A stretch of DNA of 64,000 nucleotides, taken from positions 992,001 to 1,056,000 of the forward strand of contig NW_027590147.1 of the NCBI RefSeq assembly GCF_964213995.1, read 5' to 3'. Made by a program: the position numbers and the translations under genes. The notes beneath the pieces are model-generated. The model saw only the letters and a program-made list of their open reading frames with translations, did not search any database and was not told the DNA's origin. This DNA is from Mustelus asterias (lineage: Eukaryota). This document shows positions 50,603 to 63,814 of the stretch, piece by piece; position 1 is the stretch's first letter; each line of letters begins with the position of its first letter.

Positions 50603-51594
50603 CGCTCTGTCGCCTGGAACTGAGGTTTGTATGACGGGGAACTGAGACTGCAGAGCTGGACTGCTCTGGGAGACTGGACCTCAGAGCTGAATTGAAATAC
50701 TTCAGACCCTGGTAAGTTAGGCCACGCCCATCCTTCAAATTAAATTCAAGGATTTAAATGGTGAACACGGCTGTGAACTTTCAGTCAAAACTACTCGGCA
50801 GCCGGAATACAGAGACTCATCCCGCGACCCACAGCAGTGAATGTCATGCTCTACTTGCTCTCGAATTGATTATTTATTGTTATTAATCCAGGGGATGTGG
50901 GCTTGGCTGGCGATGGCAGCAGACATTACCAATTTCTAATCGCCCTTGATAAGATGCTGGTGAACTGTCTTCTTGAAGGGATGCTGTCCCTGCGGTGTAG
51001 GTCCACCCACTGCGCTATTAGGGAGGGAATTTCAGTATATTTACCGAGACCGAGGGACAGTAAAGGAACGGAGGATATTTCCAAGTCTAGATAGTGGTCG
51101 TATTCGCATGGCCTTCTAAATTATAGCTTTGTGTCTGAAATGTAGCGCCTAAGGAGGCTTCGTGATTTCCTGCAGTTCATCGTGTATATGGTACAGAAGG
51201 TTGCCACTGTGCATCGTTGGTGGAGCGAGTGAATGTTGGTGCAAGCGGCACCAGTCAAACGGGGCTGCTTTGTCCTGAATGCGACGTCTTGTAAATTGGA
51301 ATCTCAGTGTGCAACTTTAGAACCACCTCCTTTGTCTGAGTAAGAAGGACAGCTTCACCGGAGGCGCATCCTACTAATTATACTTCCTGTTTTATTCAGA
51401 ACAGCTGACTCAGTTTACACTCCTTATTAGCCGGAGTCAAATAGCGGCTGATAGGATTAAATGAGATGAAACCCACAACAGAGATATTAACTGTGAAACA
51501 GCGGGATACTTAGGAAGATTCTAATAGTTCGATTGTAGCTCGACTTCAGGCACCGTTCAAAGTCTGTGGGAAATTCAATTTTGAGGGAACAGAA

Positions 51595-52809
51595 ATGTGA
51601 AAGAATTTATGGGCTCCCGTTTTCATTCTTGTTCTGAAGCTAGGTGAGTTCTTTAGCTTTCATTAGAACGAAGTTTTGTCACATAACTATTGAAGGAGGG
51701 ACGGATGTGTGAACAAGGGGTGAACTATGGGCCTTTAAGGGGATAATAGAGGATGGATGGATGAACAGACGGACAGTAGGATGGATGGAGGAATGGACGG
51801 ATGCGAGTTTTGAGTGACCATTCACTTTGATTGGAGTGAAGTTTACAATAGTTTGCTGCAGTTAAAACTTAGGTAATTGGAGGGAAAGAATATTGGATGA
51901 ATGTATGGAAAATGCTGAAGGTGTTGGTTCAAATTGCACTTTAAAAACCAAATAGAATTCTTGCCTCTATTGATAATGTGCAAATACAAAACAAAAGATT
52001 TATTCACAGATAATCAGGCTTCGGTTGAAGTATGACAACCACGAGAGAAAGAGAGTTAATGTTTCGAGTCCATATGATTCTTCCACAGAATCTGAACAAA
52101 AGTCATATGGACTCCAGATGTTAACTCTGCATTTGTCTTCACAGATGCTGCCAGACCTGCTGAGTTTATGCAGCAGATTCTGTTTATATATGCTGATTGA
52201 AATGTTAGTTAAAGTAAACTTCCTCTTAACAGTTAAGAAACTGCATGAATTTTTGAAGGTAGGAGATTTTCAGTGCAATGCGGAAAGAACAGACTGCGGG
52301 GTAAAATAGTAACTCCATCGTCTGCCAATGCGGGTAATATATACTGAATATTCTCGTTATTTGCTTTAATACTTAATGATTCTATGTCGAGGAGAATGAA
52401 TGAATGTTGACTGAGGTTCCCCATATTTAAACGTATATCTATTTTCTGGTTACCATTTGAAGGACTGTGTTATTCTGATACTGTAAAGCAAACTGCACCG
52501 TCAGTATCATGTTTAGAACAAGAACGCATGGTGTTGCCCTATTCATTCTCCACAGACAGCCGCCGCTATGATCTGCTCTGGCACCGACAAAATCCGGGGG
52601 AGGAGTCGGTATTTTTAATCAAAAGGAATTCGGAGGGAAATACAAAGAAAGCTGAGCGTGTGGGAGGCCGATTCTGGTCAATACTCTGAGTATCAGATCG
52701 TTTCTTCAGTTTCACCCTGGCAGATGTACAGCTGAGTGACAGTGAGGTGTATTATTGTGCGCTGATCATTCACAGTGATACAAACTGATACAAGACCCTT
52801 ACGGAAACT
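51595..52809 (+). pseudogene. TCR alpha/delta V pseudogene (leader 51595-51643, V exon 52463-52770, 23-RSS 52771-52809)
   Basis: Leader M*KNLWAPVFILVLKL; DTVKQT..LPY(Cys lost)..LLWHRQ..IL*..DSEVYYCALI; CACAGTG-23-ACGGAAACT. Confidence 0.88.
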
Positions 52810-53482
52810 ACCACTGGACTGCAACATCAGCCGAGTGATAGGAGTTCACTTTGTGAACTCTGAACCTTCACCTCTGGCAGCTGCAGAATCAGACCGAGAC
52901 CGTTTATTGCTGTGTGAATGTAGTCGGAAGTAGAGATGATCGATGTGAAAAGGCATTCTGAATGACTGAGTTCCTGACAAAATAGGGTGAGAGAAAAGCA
53001 AGGAAAAATAAACAGGAAGATAGAACGGCAGCGAAAAAAGGGAGCAAAAGGCCGTGAGACACAAAGAGGTAGCGCGCTGGACGTCAAGGTGGACGCAGAG
53101 AGTTAAAGAAAGACTCTCTGAGAGTTAGAATCAGAAAAATAGAAAAGAAGAAAGTAAGAGAAGAATATAGAGAAGGGGGAGAGGGAAAATAGGGAGATAA
53201 TAAGAGAGAGAACGAGACAGGGCCTGAGACAAAGGCAGAGAAACAAAATTGCACTTTAACCTCATCTTATTCGATTTCTAATGTGTGATTATATTTTATC
53301 AGTGGCCCCACTAAATATAATCACACATGAGTGGAATAAGATCAGTGGCCCCAGGAAATGAATCACATCCCTCAGTAAAGATAGTTAGCTTGCTGGTTTG
53401 AGTGTACTCACTGAATGACTGATCCCACCAGGAAATATTTAATCCTGTCGGTGAAAGAACATCAGCTCACCCAAGATTAACA

Positions 53483-54995
53483 AGGCGAGGGAAGAGATTG
53501 CAGAGCCTCTGGCGATGATCTTTGCGTCGTCGATAGGGACGAGAGATGTGCCGGAGGATTGGAGGATTGTGGATATGGTTCCTATTTTCAAGAAGGGGAA
53601 TAGGGATAGCCCAGGAAATTACCGACCGGTGAGTCTAACCTCAGTGGTTGGTAAACTGATTGAGAAGATCCTGAGGGACAAGATTTATGAGCATTTAGAG
53701 AGGTTTAGTATGCTCAAGAATACTCAGCATGGCTTTGTCAAAGGCAGATCGTGCCTTACGAGCCTGGTGGAGTTCTTCGAAAATGTGACCAAACACATTG
53801 ACGAAGGGAAAGCAGTAGATGTGGTTTGCATGCATTTTAGCAAGGCGTTCGATAAGGTCCCCCATTCAAGGCTTCTAGAAAAAGTGAGAGGGCATGGGAT
53901 CCAAGGGGCTGCTGCCCGGTGGATCCAGAACTGGCTTGCCCAAAGGAGGCAGAGAGTGGGTATAGATGGGTCTTTTTCTAAATGGAGGTCGGTCACCAGT
54001 GGTGTGCCCCAGGGATCTGTTCTGGGACTCTTGCTGTTTGTCATTTTCATAAATGGCCTGGATGAGGAAGCGGAGGGATGGGTTGGTAAGTTTGCCGACG
54101 ACACGAAGGTTGGTGGGTTGTGGATAGTCTGGAGGGATGTCAGAAGTTACAGAGGGACATAGATAGGATGCAAGACTGGGCGGAGAAGTGGCAGATGGAC
54201 TTCAACCCAGATAAATGCGGAGTGGTCCATTTTGGCAGGTCAAATGGGATGAAGGAGTACAATATAAAGGGAAAGACTCTTAGTACTGTAGAGGATCAGA
54301 AGGACCTTGGGGTCCGGGTCCATAGGAATCTAAAATCCGCCCCGCAGGTGGAGGAGGTGGCTAAGAAGGCGTATGGTGTGCTGGCCTTTATCAATCGAGG
54401 GATTGAGTTTAGGAGTCCGGGGATAATGATGCAGCTATATAAGACCCTCGTCAGACCTCGCTTGGAGTACTGTGCTCAGTTCTGGTCGCCTCATTACAGG
54501 AAGGATGTGGAAAAGATTGAAAGGGTGCCGAGGAGATTTACGAGGATGTTGCCTGGATTGAGAGGCATGCCTCATGAAGATAGGCTGAGGGAGCTCGGTC
54601 TTTTCTCTTTGGAGAGACGTAGGATGAGAGGAGACTTAATCGAGGTATATAAGATGTTGAGAGGCATAGATCGGGTGGACTCTCAGAGGCTTTTTCCCAG
54701 GGTGGAAATGACTGCTACGAGAGGACACAGATTTAAGGTGCTGGGGGGTAGGTACAGGGGAAATGTTCGGGGGAAGTTTTTCACACAGAGGGTGGTGGGA
54801 GAGTGGAATCGGCAGCCGTCAGTGGTGGTGGAGGCAAACTCAATAGGGTCTTTTAAGAGACTCCTGCATGAGTACATGGGACTTAATAGGATGGAGGGTT
54901 ATAGGTAGGCCTAAAAGGTAGGGATATGTTCGGCACAACTTGTGGGGCCGAAGGGCCTGTTTTGTGCTGTAGATTTTCTATGTTTCTATGTTTCT
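53483..54995 (+). mobile_element. CR1-like LINE, 5'-truncated, relatively young
   Basis: Two long RT ORFs (53515-54162, 54120-54908) split by one frameshift; FADDTK; tttctatg tail. Confidence 0.93.
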
Positions 54996-56945
54996 GTAGC
55001 TGTGATCTAACTGCCACCAGGTGGATGCAGAATGCTATGACACGAGTTTCTCGACCACAGCTGGATTTCTCCAGTCCCGCTGCAGTAAACGTAGATTTCG
55101 CTGAGCACCAATTTCTCCGCTGTCGTTCGCAGCGGAATTCCGACCAAAATCTTTCACCCAGTCTGGAAGAATGTGGCGTACAGATGTCAGGACTCCCCTG
55201 AACAAGGTGTTGGCCTGCATCTCCAATTCAGAATGGAGGCCACCCCCAACTTTCGTCCCCAGAACATTATAAGATTTATAAATATAAAGATTTAAATTCA
55301 ACTTTGGATAAAATAAATTGAAGGATTGGATTTTTAAAAGTACACCTGTCTGAAGGGGTTTTTTATCTGCGAATTAGTAAAGCAGCAGGCAAACAAATGA
55401 TTACGTGAGTCACTATGGATTGAAATGAAGAGGTGTAATTAAGATAGCACAACATCAGAAGGAATGGAAACTATAGCCATGGGAGCTGAGTACAGGAGGA
55501 GCGGAAGGGCGACTACCAAAAGCAGCAGCCAGCTGGAAAAAGCAGGCTCTGCAAAAAGGCAATGCACTGCTGTTTAAAAAGAAACTTTAACAGAGAAGAA
55601 CTGCTACGCTGGACTGAAGAAAGTTTTCCCAAATTGGAAAATAATCCGTGGGTGGTCACTATAATCTGCATTATATAATTTCGAATGATGTTCGGGAGAG
55701 GGGCAGTTCTCAGAGGTCAGGAACCTGGACAGCTAGGAAAAGGGGTCAACCTCATGAGATACTTTGTGTGTGTAGCCATTATTGAAGTTAAGGGCCCTGC
55801 TGAAATGCCTTTCTTGCTGTGCCTTAAATTTAATAACTATCCATTATTAATTATTTGCAACAAGGCTGGGCCATGTCTCACTCATTTCCTTTTTGATATA
55901 CATTATGTCAAATTGAAAATTTCCACAATTGAAAATTGGTGTTCCAATTAATCCTTCTGTACTTTGGGATACCCTCACATTTAACATCAGCGAGGTTCTT
56001 AACGAACACCACAACAGTGGGTGCCTTTACAGGTTAAATTGAATCGAGGAGTTCCATTTCGCTGCCCCATAATGTTCCCAGAGATCCATTTTCTTTCTCA
56101 AGAGGCCATCATTCCGGCCTCAGAATTTCTATTTATCTAAAAGAACCCCATCCACCACTCTCAGAGGCAAAGTGTTCTGGATGCTTGGTACTCACTGTGG
56201 AAAAATGTTCCTCCTCCATCACCCTCACCCCCTCCGTCCATTGCCCATAATCTTAAAAAAATGACCCCTTCCATACCCCAGCCTATCTTCCGTTAGGACC
56301 ACCAGCTAATGGGAACATCTTTCCTTTATATACCTGAGAAAAACCTGTCCTACTCTCATCCACTTCGATTACATTTCTCCTCAATCTCCTCCGCTCCATT
56401 GGAGAAGAACTACAGCATCTCGACCTTCTGGCTAATTTGTGAACGTTTCAAAACGCGACTTATTCACAGATATTTCTCCATGGGGTTTAACTAGATTTGG
56501 TCAACTTTTGAAAAACTGCTATCGAGCTGAATATATCTTGTGAACTTCTTAACACTAAACATACTTGAAACAAATTCTTCCCTAGAATTTGACAAGTGTT
56601 GGTCAACTTTTTGGAAACTAGTTTCAGCATTTTCCAAAATAACTTTTCCATACCATCATCTAGACGGCTCCAACTTTTTAAAATATAGCTTAAACTTATC
56701 AAAATGTTTTCCAAACAATATAGCAAACGTTCGTGAAAAGAAACTCGTTTAAATATGTTTAAGGCTAATCTTTCAGTAGAATTTAACTTTAAATAGTCGG
56801 TTTCTGTTGAAAAACAATTACCTAAGATAAATCTCTCGAGAGAAGCAAACTGAAGTTCGTCAGCATTTACCTGAGTGAAACTAATGTTATTAAAGGCAGT
56901 CATCGAAAGTAACATGGAACTTGTAAACTTTTTTTAAAGTTGCAT

Positions 56946-57018
56946 CGAGCAAGCCAGAAGTCGAACCTGGAACCATTTGACCCATAGTCAGACGCATTAT
57001 CCAATGCGCCACTAGCCC
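56946..57018 (-). pseudogene. tRNA-Arg(ACG)-derived pseudogene, anticodon now ATG
   Basis: 73 nt GGGCTAGTGGCGCATTGGATAATGCGTCTGACTATGGGTCAAATGGTTCCAGGTTCGACTTCTGGCTTGCTCG closely follows vertebrate tRNA-Arg-ACG; stem mismatches; no immediate T4 terminator. Confidence 0.8.
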
Positions 57019-57264
57019 ATGTGCAAACTTGCGGCAGATGTTCCATATTGGGTCGACGCTTCAGAATAGGGCAGAAGCTTTGTCAAAATTATTTGTTTAC
57101 TTGTGACGATCGGCTCCACCATTGTGATTTTCTTTGTTCATTTACAGTCATTCCTAATTGCCCTTGAATTGAGTTGCTGAGTTAATCTGCCGTGTTGCAA
57201 TTAAAGAAAATAACACTGCCCAACCACTCACCACTCCCCTCACTGGACCAATTGTCGAATATCA

Positions 57265-57445
57265 CTTGAGGTGGAGATGCCTCGCATTGGACTGGGGTGG
57301 GCAAAGTAAGAAGTCTCACATCAGGTTAAAGTCCATCACGTTTATTTGGAATTTCGAGCTTTCGGAGCGCTGTACCTTCATCAGGTGAGTGATTCCAACT
57401 AAATCTGTTGGACATTAAGCTGGTGTTGTGAGACCTCTTACTGAA
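57265..57445. mobile_element. Palindromic Penelope-like repeat
   Basis: Same family as 23432-23634. Confidence 0.6.
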
Positions 57446-58861
57446 TATTACTTGAAAAGAATATTTTACAAGCGTATGACATTGGCTGTTACATATGCCT
57501 CAAGATGCATTCAGAAAAAAAAAAGAATAGAAGTGCTGAAAATCCACTACACACTGAGCACAAAAAGAAATGCTCATATTGTGGCTCAGCACACATTTTA
57601 TCAGTTCGTGCAGTGGCTACAAGAGCAGGTCAGAGGCTGGGAATCCTGCGGTGAGGAATTCACCTCCTGAGTCTCTAAAACCTGTCCACCATTTACAAGG
57701 CACAAGTCAAGAGTGCGATGAAATATTCTCCATTTGTCTGGATAATGCATGAACTCACCAAATGCATCTTAGAGAGCAGCTTTCAAACCCAGGACCGCTA
57801 CCATCTGGAAGTTCCCCTCCAAGCTAACCACCACACTGACTTGGAAATATATCGCTGTTCCTTCACTGTCACTGGGACAAGGTCCTGGAATAACGAACCC
57901 CTTCCCCCCCCCCGAACCCGTCCCCCCCCCCCCCCAACCCCCACCTCCTACAGCTCTTTGGATGTGCCGAAACCAATCGACTGCAGCAGTTCAAGAAGGC
58001 AGCTCACCACCACCTTCTCAAGAACCAATTAGTGATGCGTAATATTGCTGTCACAACCAGCTACACCCACATCGCGTTGTTGAATAAAAAGAAACATCCA
58101 GTTACTGACCGCGGTTGTGATTATGCAATTCATGTGTCTTTCAGAGTCCATGTACCTCAATACAAGAAGACAACCGTTACTTTCAATGTGCTGCCTCAAC
58201 TTATCTAGAATTTCAAAATATAAAAGCGTTCATCTAGAAAACGTCTGAGGGAGCAATGATTTCTGCTGTAAATCATAGAATCATAGAATCATAGAATATG
58301 CACAATCATTAATACATCATTCTCCTCTTCCGTTGAATAATTTCAAACAGCTCTTTCCAGTATTTGTTCTTTATTCAACATTTACTTTCTATACATTTAA
58401 TTAACGCTATGTCCTCATTCTGAATTGAATATCTCTGAAATATACAACATCGAAATGCAAACATGACTGACTGACAAATGAATTCGAGTCACTGAGTAAT
58501 ACACCTCCCATGATGTTTATTTGAGATTGACCAAAGTCAGTTTTTAAATGAAATCAAATATCTTAAAAGGGAAGAGATTTTAGAATGATCTGTTAGTTAT
58601 ACTCGATCGCTCTTTATTTGTGTGTGAAGCATTCTGGATCGTTCATCTGTAGGAAGTCCAGTAGGTCCGCACTGATTCTCGATTTCCTCATCTGTCTGAG
58701 TGTTTTTTCCCATTTCTTTATTATGAAGAACAATTTTAAAAGATGCTTCTGGGAAGTTTGTGCCATTCCTCTAGTTCAGTTACAGTTTCACTTGTGACTG
58801 TCTTTGTGAGGACGCAATACAATTAGACATGTTTCAGATGATCTTGATCATGTTTCAGCTT

Positions 58862-59715
58862 GATCTTGATCAATTGGGCCAATGGGCTGATGAATGGCAG
58901 ATGAAGTTTAATTCAGATATTTGCCAGCTGATGCATTTTAGTTGATCGAACCAGGGCACGACTTACTCAGTTAATGGTAGGGCGTTGGGGAGAGTTATAG
59001 AACAAAGAGATCAAGGGGTACATGTTCATAGCTCCATGAAAGTGGAGTCAGAGGTGGACAGAGTGGTGAAGAAGGCATTTGGCATGCTTGGTTTCTTTGG
59101 TCAGAACGTTGAATGCAGGAGTTTGGACGTCTTGTTGAATTTGTACAAGACATTGGTAAGGCCACACTTGGAATACTGTGCACAGTTCTGGTTACCCTAT
59201 TATAGAACGGATATTATTAAACTAGAAATAGTGCTGATAAGATTTACTAGGATGCAACCGGAACTTGATGGTTTGAGTTATAAGGAGAGGCTGGATAGAC
59301 TGGGATTTTTTTCTCTGGAACGTAGGAGGCTTAGGGGTGACCTTATAGCAGTCTACAAAATACTGAGGGGCATAGATCATTTCCCCAAAGGTAGGGGAGT
59401 CCAAAACTAGACGGCATAGGTTTAAAGTGAGAGGGGATAAATACAAAAGGGTCGAGAGGGGTATTTCTTTCACACAGAGGGTGGTGAGTGTCTGGAACAA
59501 GCTGGCCGAGGTAGTAGAAGAGGAGAGAACAATTTTGTCTTTCAAAAAGCATTCAGACAGTTACATGGGTAAGATGGGTATTGGGGGATATGGGCCAAAC
59601 GCGGGCAATTGGGACTAGCTTAGGAGTTAAAAAAAGGGGTGCCATGGACAAGTTGGGCCGAAGTGCCTGTTTTCATGCTGTAAACCTCTACGACTCTCTG
59701 TGACTCTTTGATTCT
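58862..59715 (+). mobile_element. CR1-like LINE 3' end
   Basis: LYKTLVRPHLEYCAQFW..LGFFSLERRRLRGDL; same subfamily as 40345-41722. Confidence 0.88.
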
Positions 59716-61354
59716 ATGGCGATTAACATGTTATTCTGCATCTATAAACCCATTAATTTCTGTTGTAGACTGAACGAGTTGAGAATGTGTACAAACAATA
59801 CAAACAATTCTTTCCTGCCACTGCGTTCTAAAATACAGCATTTCTGATTTTCCTAAAGCACTTGAGGCTGAGGTGACACCAGTATAATATGGATGCCACA
59901 TCACGATTCGGATAATCTTTCGCAACGAAATGAAAACATGCAGACGTTGCTCAAGCTTAGCAAAAAATTTCGAATAGTGTTCCTGCCTAGTTTCAAACCG
60001 CGTGGGAGGCGAACGTGACAACCACTATACTCCAGATACTTGGCGACTGATAATCAATAAATGTCTTTCTATTTGCCTCATTCAGTGAATTCATAATGAT
60101 TAGAGAGTATGAGGATGCAGTAGTAAATAGGAAACGGATAAATGAAGTCAGCAGCACCCATTGAAGGTCACTTGTGCTCTCTGCTGTTGCATTGGTTGGA
60201 AATAGATATTGCTCACCTGATGTAAGGAGAGATGGACTTAGGGGCGTAGGATTCACAGAATAATAGGGGGTGAAATGGACAGGAAAAAAATGACAATAAC
60301 AAGTCAGTGAGAGAGTCAGGGGGAGATACAATGAGAGAAGCAGGTAGACAAAGGGAGAAGCAAGGATTGAGACGGCAGAAGAAATTCAAGGAAGGTATAA
60401 AATCAACAATATAAAGTACAATTTGATATGGGAAAGGTTTATCCTGAAATATCATTTAAATTGAATTGTGATTGTGGAGCATAAGACCACTGGTTCATTT
60501 AAATAAATTTAAATTTGGGGCACAGATCAGTGAAGTTGACTAATGTTACAGAGTCCAAAACAAATATAGTGGTCTCCTAACAAGTAGTGCAGATTACAAG
60601 GATGTTTGCGGGTTTCTGAATTGGTGACTTATGATGAGAATAATGAAAGTCCTCATTCCCCAGTGCCATGCGATTTATTGATTGATTAGCTGCAGTGGTC
60701 ATGAAAACGTGATGAATGAGCTCCCTCTGTTGGCGGTGAGTATTAAATGGCCTTCTTTCAGGCGATTCAATGTATTCATTATATTTTCAAAATATGTTTC
60801 TGCCAAATCTTTCCTGATTTGTATTATTGTTATTGTGATGTAACCTGTAGATTGTAGGACTAGTGTGAAGTTGAATGCGAATTGTATTCGACACAGATAG
60901 CTTTGAAATGTGCTGGTGTGTACAATGACGGTGGGTTCAATGTCTCTAATGTTTTGGGAACTCTCCCCAATTAACAAATAAAGCTTTTATTCCCAACCGC
61001 GGTCGCAGACAATGGAAACATTCCCACTACCAGGACATTGAATGTGTCGCAGCTTGAGGTATTTCCATTCACTGTCTCCCAGCTCACCACCGACTGGTGC
61101 AGCAAAACCACAAAAGTGGCATGATTGTCTTTTGGAAGAATGAGTCGAGTATGGTTCTGTGCTGGATCTGCCTGACAGACTGGATTCTGCAGTTTGTTTT
61201 CTCCATTGCTGCTGGAAACAGTTAGGTGCCAGTTTCATCTGAGGTTAACTTGGTTTCCTCTGTGTGTGTTTGAGCGGCTGAAAACTCACTTAACATCTGG
61301 CCATGAGCCTAAGCAATCCACAATCGTCACGGGCTCATCTATCCAGTGTAAGCA

Positions 61355-61393
61355 GGTTTTTGCTTGAAGGTGGGCCTTCTTTCTATCATTGTG
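61355..61393 (-). other. 23-RSS
   Basis: CACAATG + 23 nt + GCAAAAACC. Confidence 0.9.
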
Positions 61394-61853
61394 CGTCTGA
61401 ACGTGCAGCAATAAGCGGCAGCATCAGTTAGGCTCAGATCGAATATATTTAAACTGATTAATTTGTTCGAGGCCTGGAGATCCACATAGAACCGACTTTT
61501 ATAAACATCTTCATATTCATAACCACCAGGATCTTTCCGCACTATAAACATGGGACGCGTGTCTGGATATTGTTGGGACCAGGACAGCCTATAGTCGCTC
61601 TCAGTGGTTTGATAGCTACAGGTTAAATTCACGATTTCGCCTTCTCTCTTAACATCTGATGAGAGCGGCTGGGTGACAGAATCTCCATGTCTCAGATCTG
61701 GAAATAACAAAACAGAAAATGGTCAGACGTGCGTATGATAAAAGTTTGGTCTGGAGCCATGCTTGGGAAATGTAAGAAACGGTGGAATGTATTTTGCACA
61801 TAATTACCTGTTAGGAATGGTCCCCACATTACCCACACACCGAGCAGCCACAT
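61394..61853 (-). CDS. TCR alpha/delta V segment, open frame (leader 61808-61853, V exon 61394-61697); paralogue of the 28.1 kb V
   Basis: MWLLGVWVMWGPFLT|DLRHGDSVTQPLSS..LTC..LSWSQQ..DAAAYCCTFRR. Confidence 0.88.
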
Positions 61854-62324
61854 TGTCGCTGTCCGCTCTGTGTGTTTGAATTTATTGGGTCCAATCCCCG
61901 TCTTCAATAATCAGCTTCCTGTTTCCGGATGTTCTCAGCTCCTTCCCTTCTGTCCCCCGTGGTGCTGTGTGACACCCAGGTGGTGAGATAACAGACAGTA
62001 AACAGACTGTGAGGTGGATTACAATCACTATTCTGACAGAGAACCTCTGGATTTAAAGATTGATTTGGGGAATAATATAGAAAAATGGACTATTGGAACA
62101 TGGGGAGGGCAGTAGGCCATTCTGTCCTTCGATTCTGTTTCGTCATTCAGTTAGATCAGGGCTGTTCAGCCTGAACGCCACATCTCAGCGCCATCTGCAT
62201 AGCCCTTAATTCCAAAAGGCTCCATAAAGCTATTCATTTTTTTGAGCATGCTCAATTAATGACATTCCACAAAAAACGCTTATTTTCTTACTGTGACCCG
62301 GAAGGCAAGGAAGGCAAAATAGTT

Positions 62325-62490
62325 CTGTGGTTTCGAGTCCAGACGACGCTTTATCAAAGCTTTGACAAAGGGTCATCTGGACTCGAAACGTCATCTCTTT
62401 TCTCTCCTTACAGATGCTGCCATAACGGCTGAGATTTTCCAGCATTTTCTCTTTTGGTTTCAGATTCCAGCATCCGCAGTAATTTGCTTT
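62325..62490. mobile_element. Palindromic Penelope-like repeat (second family)
   Basis: gtttcgagtccagacgacgctttatcaaagctttgacaaagggtcatctggactcgaaac palindrome. Confidence 0.6.
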
Positions 62491-63049
62491 TATTTAAATA
62501 TCTCTGTCCTTGTTTTTCCTCAATCCGTGCATGAGCCTTATTATCAGGACAGTTTCAGCCGCGATTCCACTGATTCTCTTTTTCTGTATGTGAGACATGG
62601 GTGCCACTGGTTGGCCAGCATTTATTGCCCATCATTAGCTGAGAGTCAACTACATTGCTGTGGCTCTGGAGTCACATGTCAGCCAGACCGGGTAAAGACG
62701 GCAGATTTCCTTCTCTAAAGCAAAGTGAACCAGTTGTTTTTTTCCGACAACCGACAGTGGCACCATGGTTATCAATAGATTCTTAATTGCAGATATTGCT
62801 TACATTGAACCAGGTCCGCACAACATCAGCTTAGTTTCTGGATTAATAGCCGAGAGATAATACCAATAGGCCATCGCCTCCTCTGTTGTGAATATCAGCA
62901 ATACCGAATATGTATAGAAGCACCACAGATTGAATCATGCTCTATTTAGAGCCCAATATTATTACCATTCTCTGCTCCGTTCACCCTGTCACTCTGCGGC
63001 AGTGTTTTATTTTAAATACCAGGCTCCCTCTGGTTTCTGTCACAATGTG

Positions 63050-63563
63050 TGTCACTCCGCAGTGATACGCCGCGCTGTCCGAATTTCACACATGGTAAAA
63101 TTCCCCTCGCTTTTCGACCTCTCGATATATGAAGAAAGTCGAGTGCCCACTCCCTCTGCACTGGAAATATCTCCCTGATATCTCCCTGACTTTCTCCGTT
63201 CTTTTTGGTGAGAGCCTTCTCTCGGTGCTGGCGGTACAATTGAATGTAATATGCACCAGCTGCTGAGAAGTTGAACCTTTTGGTCACCGAGTCCCATTCA
63301 AACTTCATCGCTGTAGCTGGCTTCTCTGATACGGAGTCTGCTGCAGTGACACCGGCAGATATTTAGAAATATTGAAAGTTAAGATGTTATTGTCATTTTA
63401 CTGTAACTCATAACATCAGAACACGAATCACATTATCATCAGCATCAAAGCGGAATTAAATTACTGTCGACATCGCTTGTAAGAAGAAGCTTATGTCCCT
63501 TGCAGACTTACCAGTCAAGAGAGCTGAAACTGTGAAAAATGAATACAAAATGAGACCCGACAT
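63050..63563 (-). pseudogene. TCR V pseudogene (leader 63512-63563, V exon from about 63353)
   Basis: Leader MSGLILYSFFTVSALLT|gtaagt; acceptor mutated to ccg; DSVSEKP..LYRQH..; frameshifts; SDSAAYHCGV; heptamer-like cacattg. Confidence 0.78.
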
Positions 63564-63814
63564 GTTTGCAGCGAGTTTATTGCGGAATTAAACAGAATGG
63601 GTTCAATCTGTAATTGTTTGTGTGAAGATATTTACATATATATCCGGTCTCTCCAGCGATTGGTTAATTACCAAAAAAGTCAACTGGTGACGACCAGTCA
63701 TCTCCCTGGTTCTCCAATTCATCCAATCAGCTCACAGACCCTTTGTTCTCCAGTTTATTACGTCAGAGCAGGGCCAGCGAATCAATTAAGTTGTTTTCCC
63801 CACAGCGGGACCGA

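Noticed and set aside
55685-55735. FGRG motif resembling a TCR J segment
   Set aside because: No convincing RSS upstream and no splice donor; lies in a repeat-like block related to about 35250-35730
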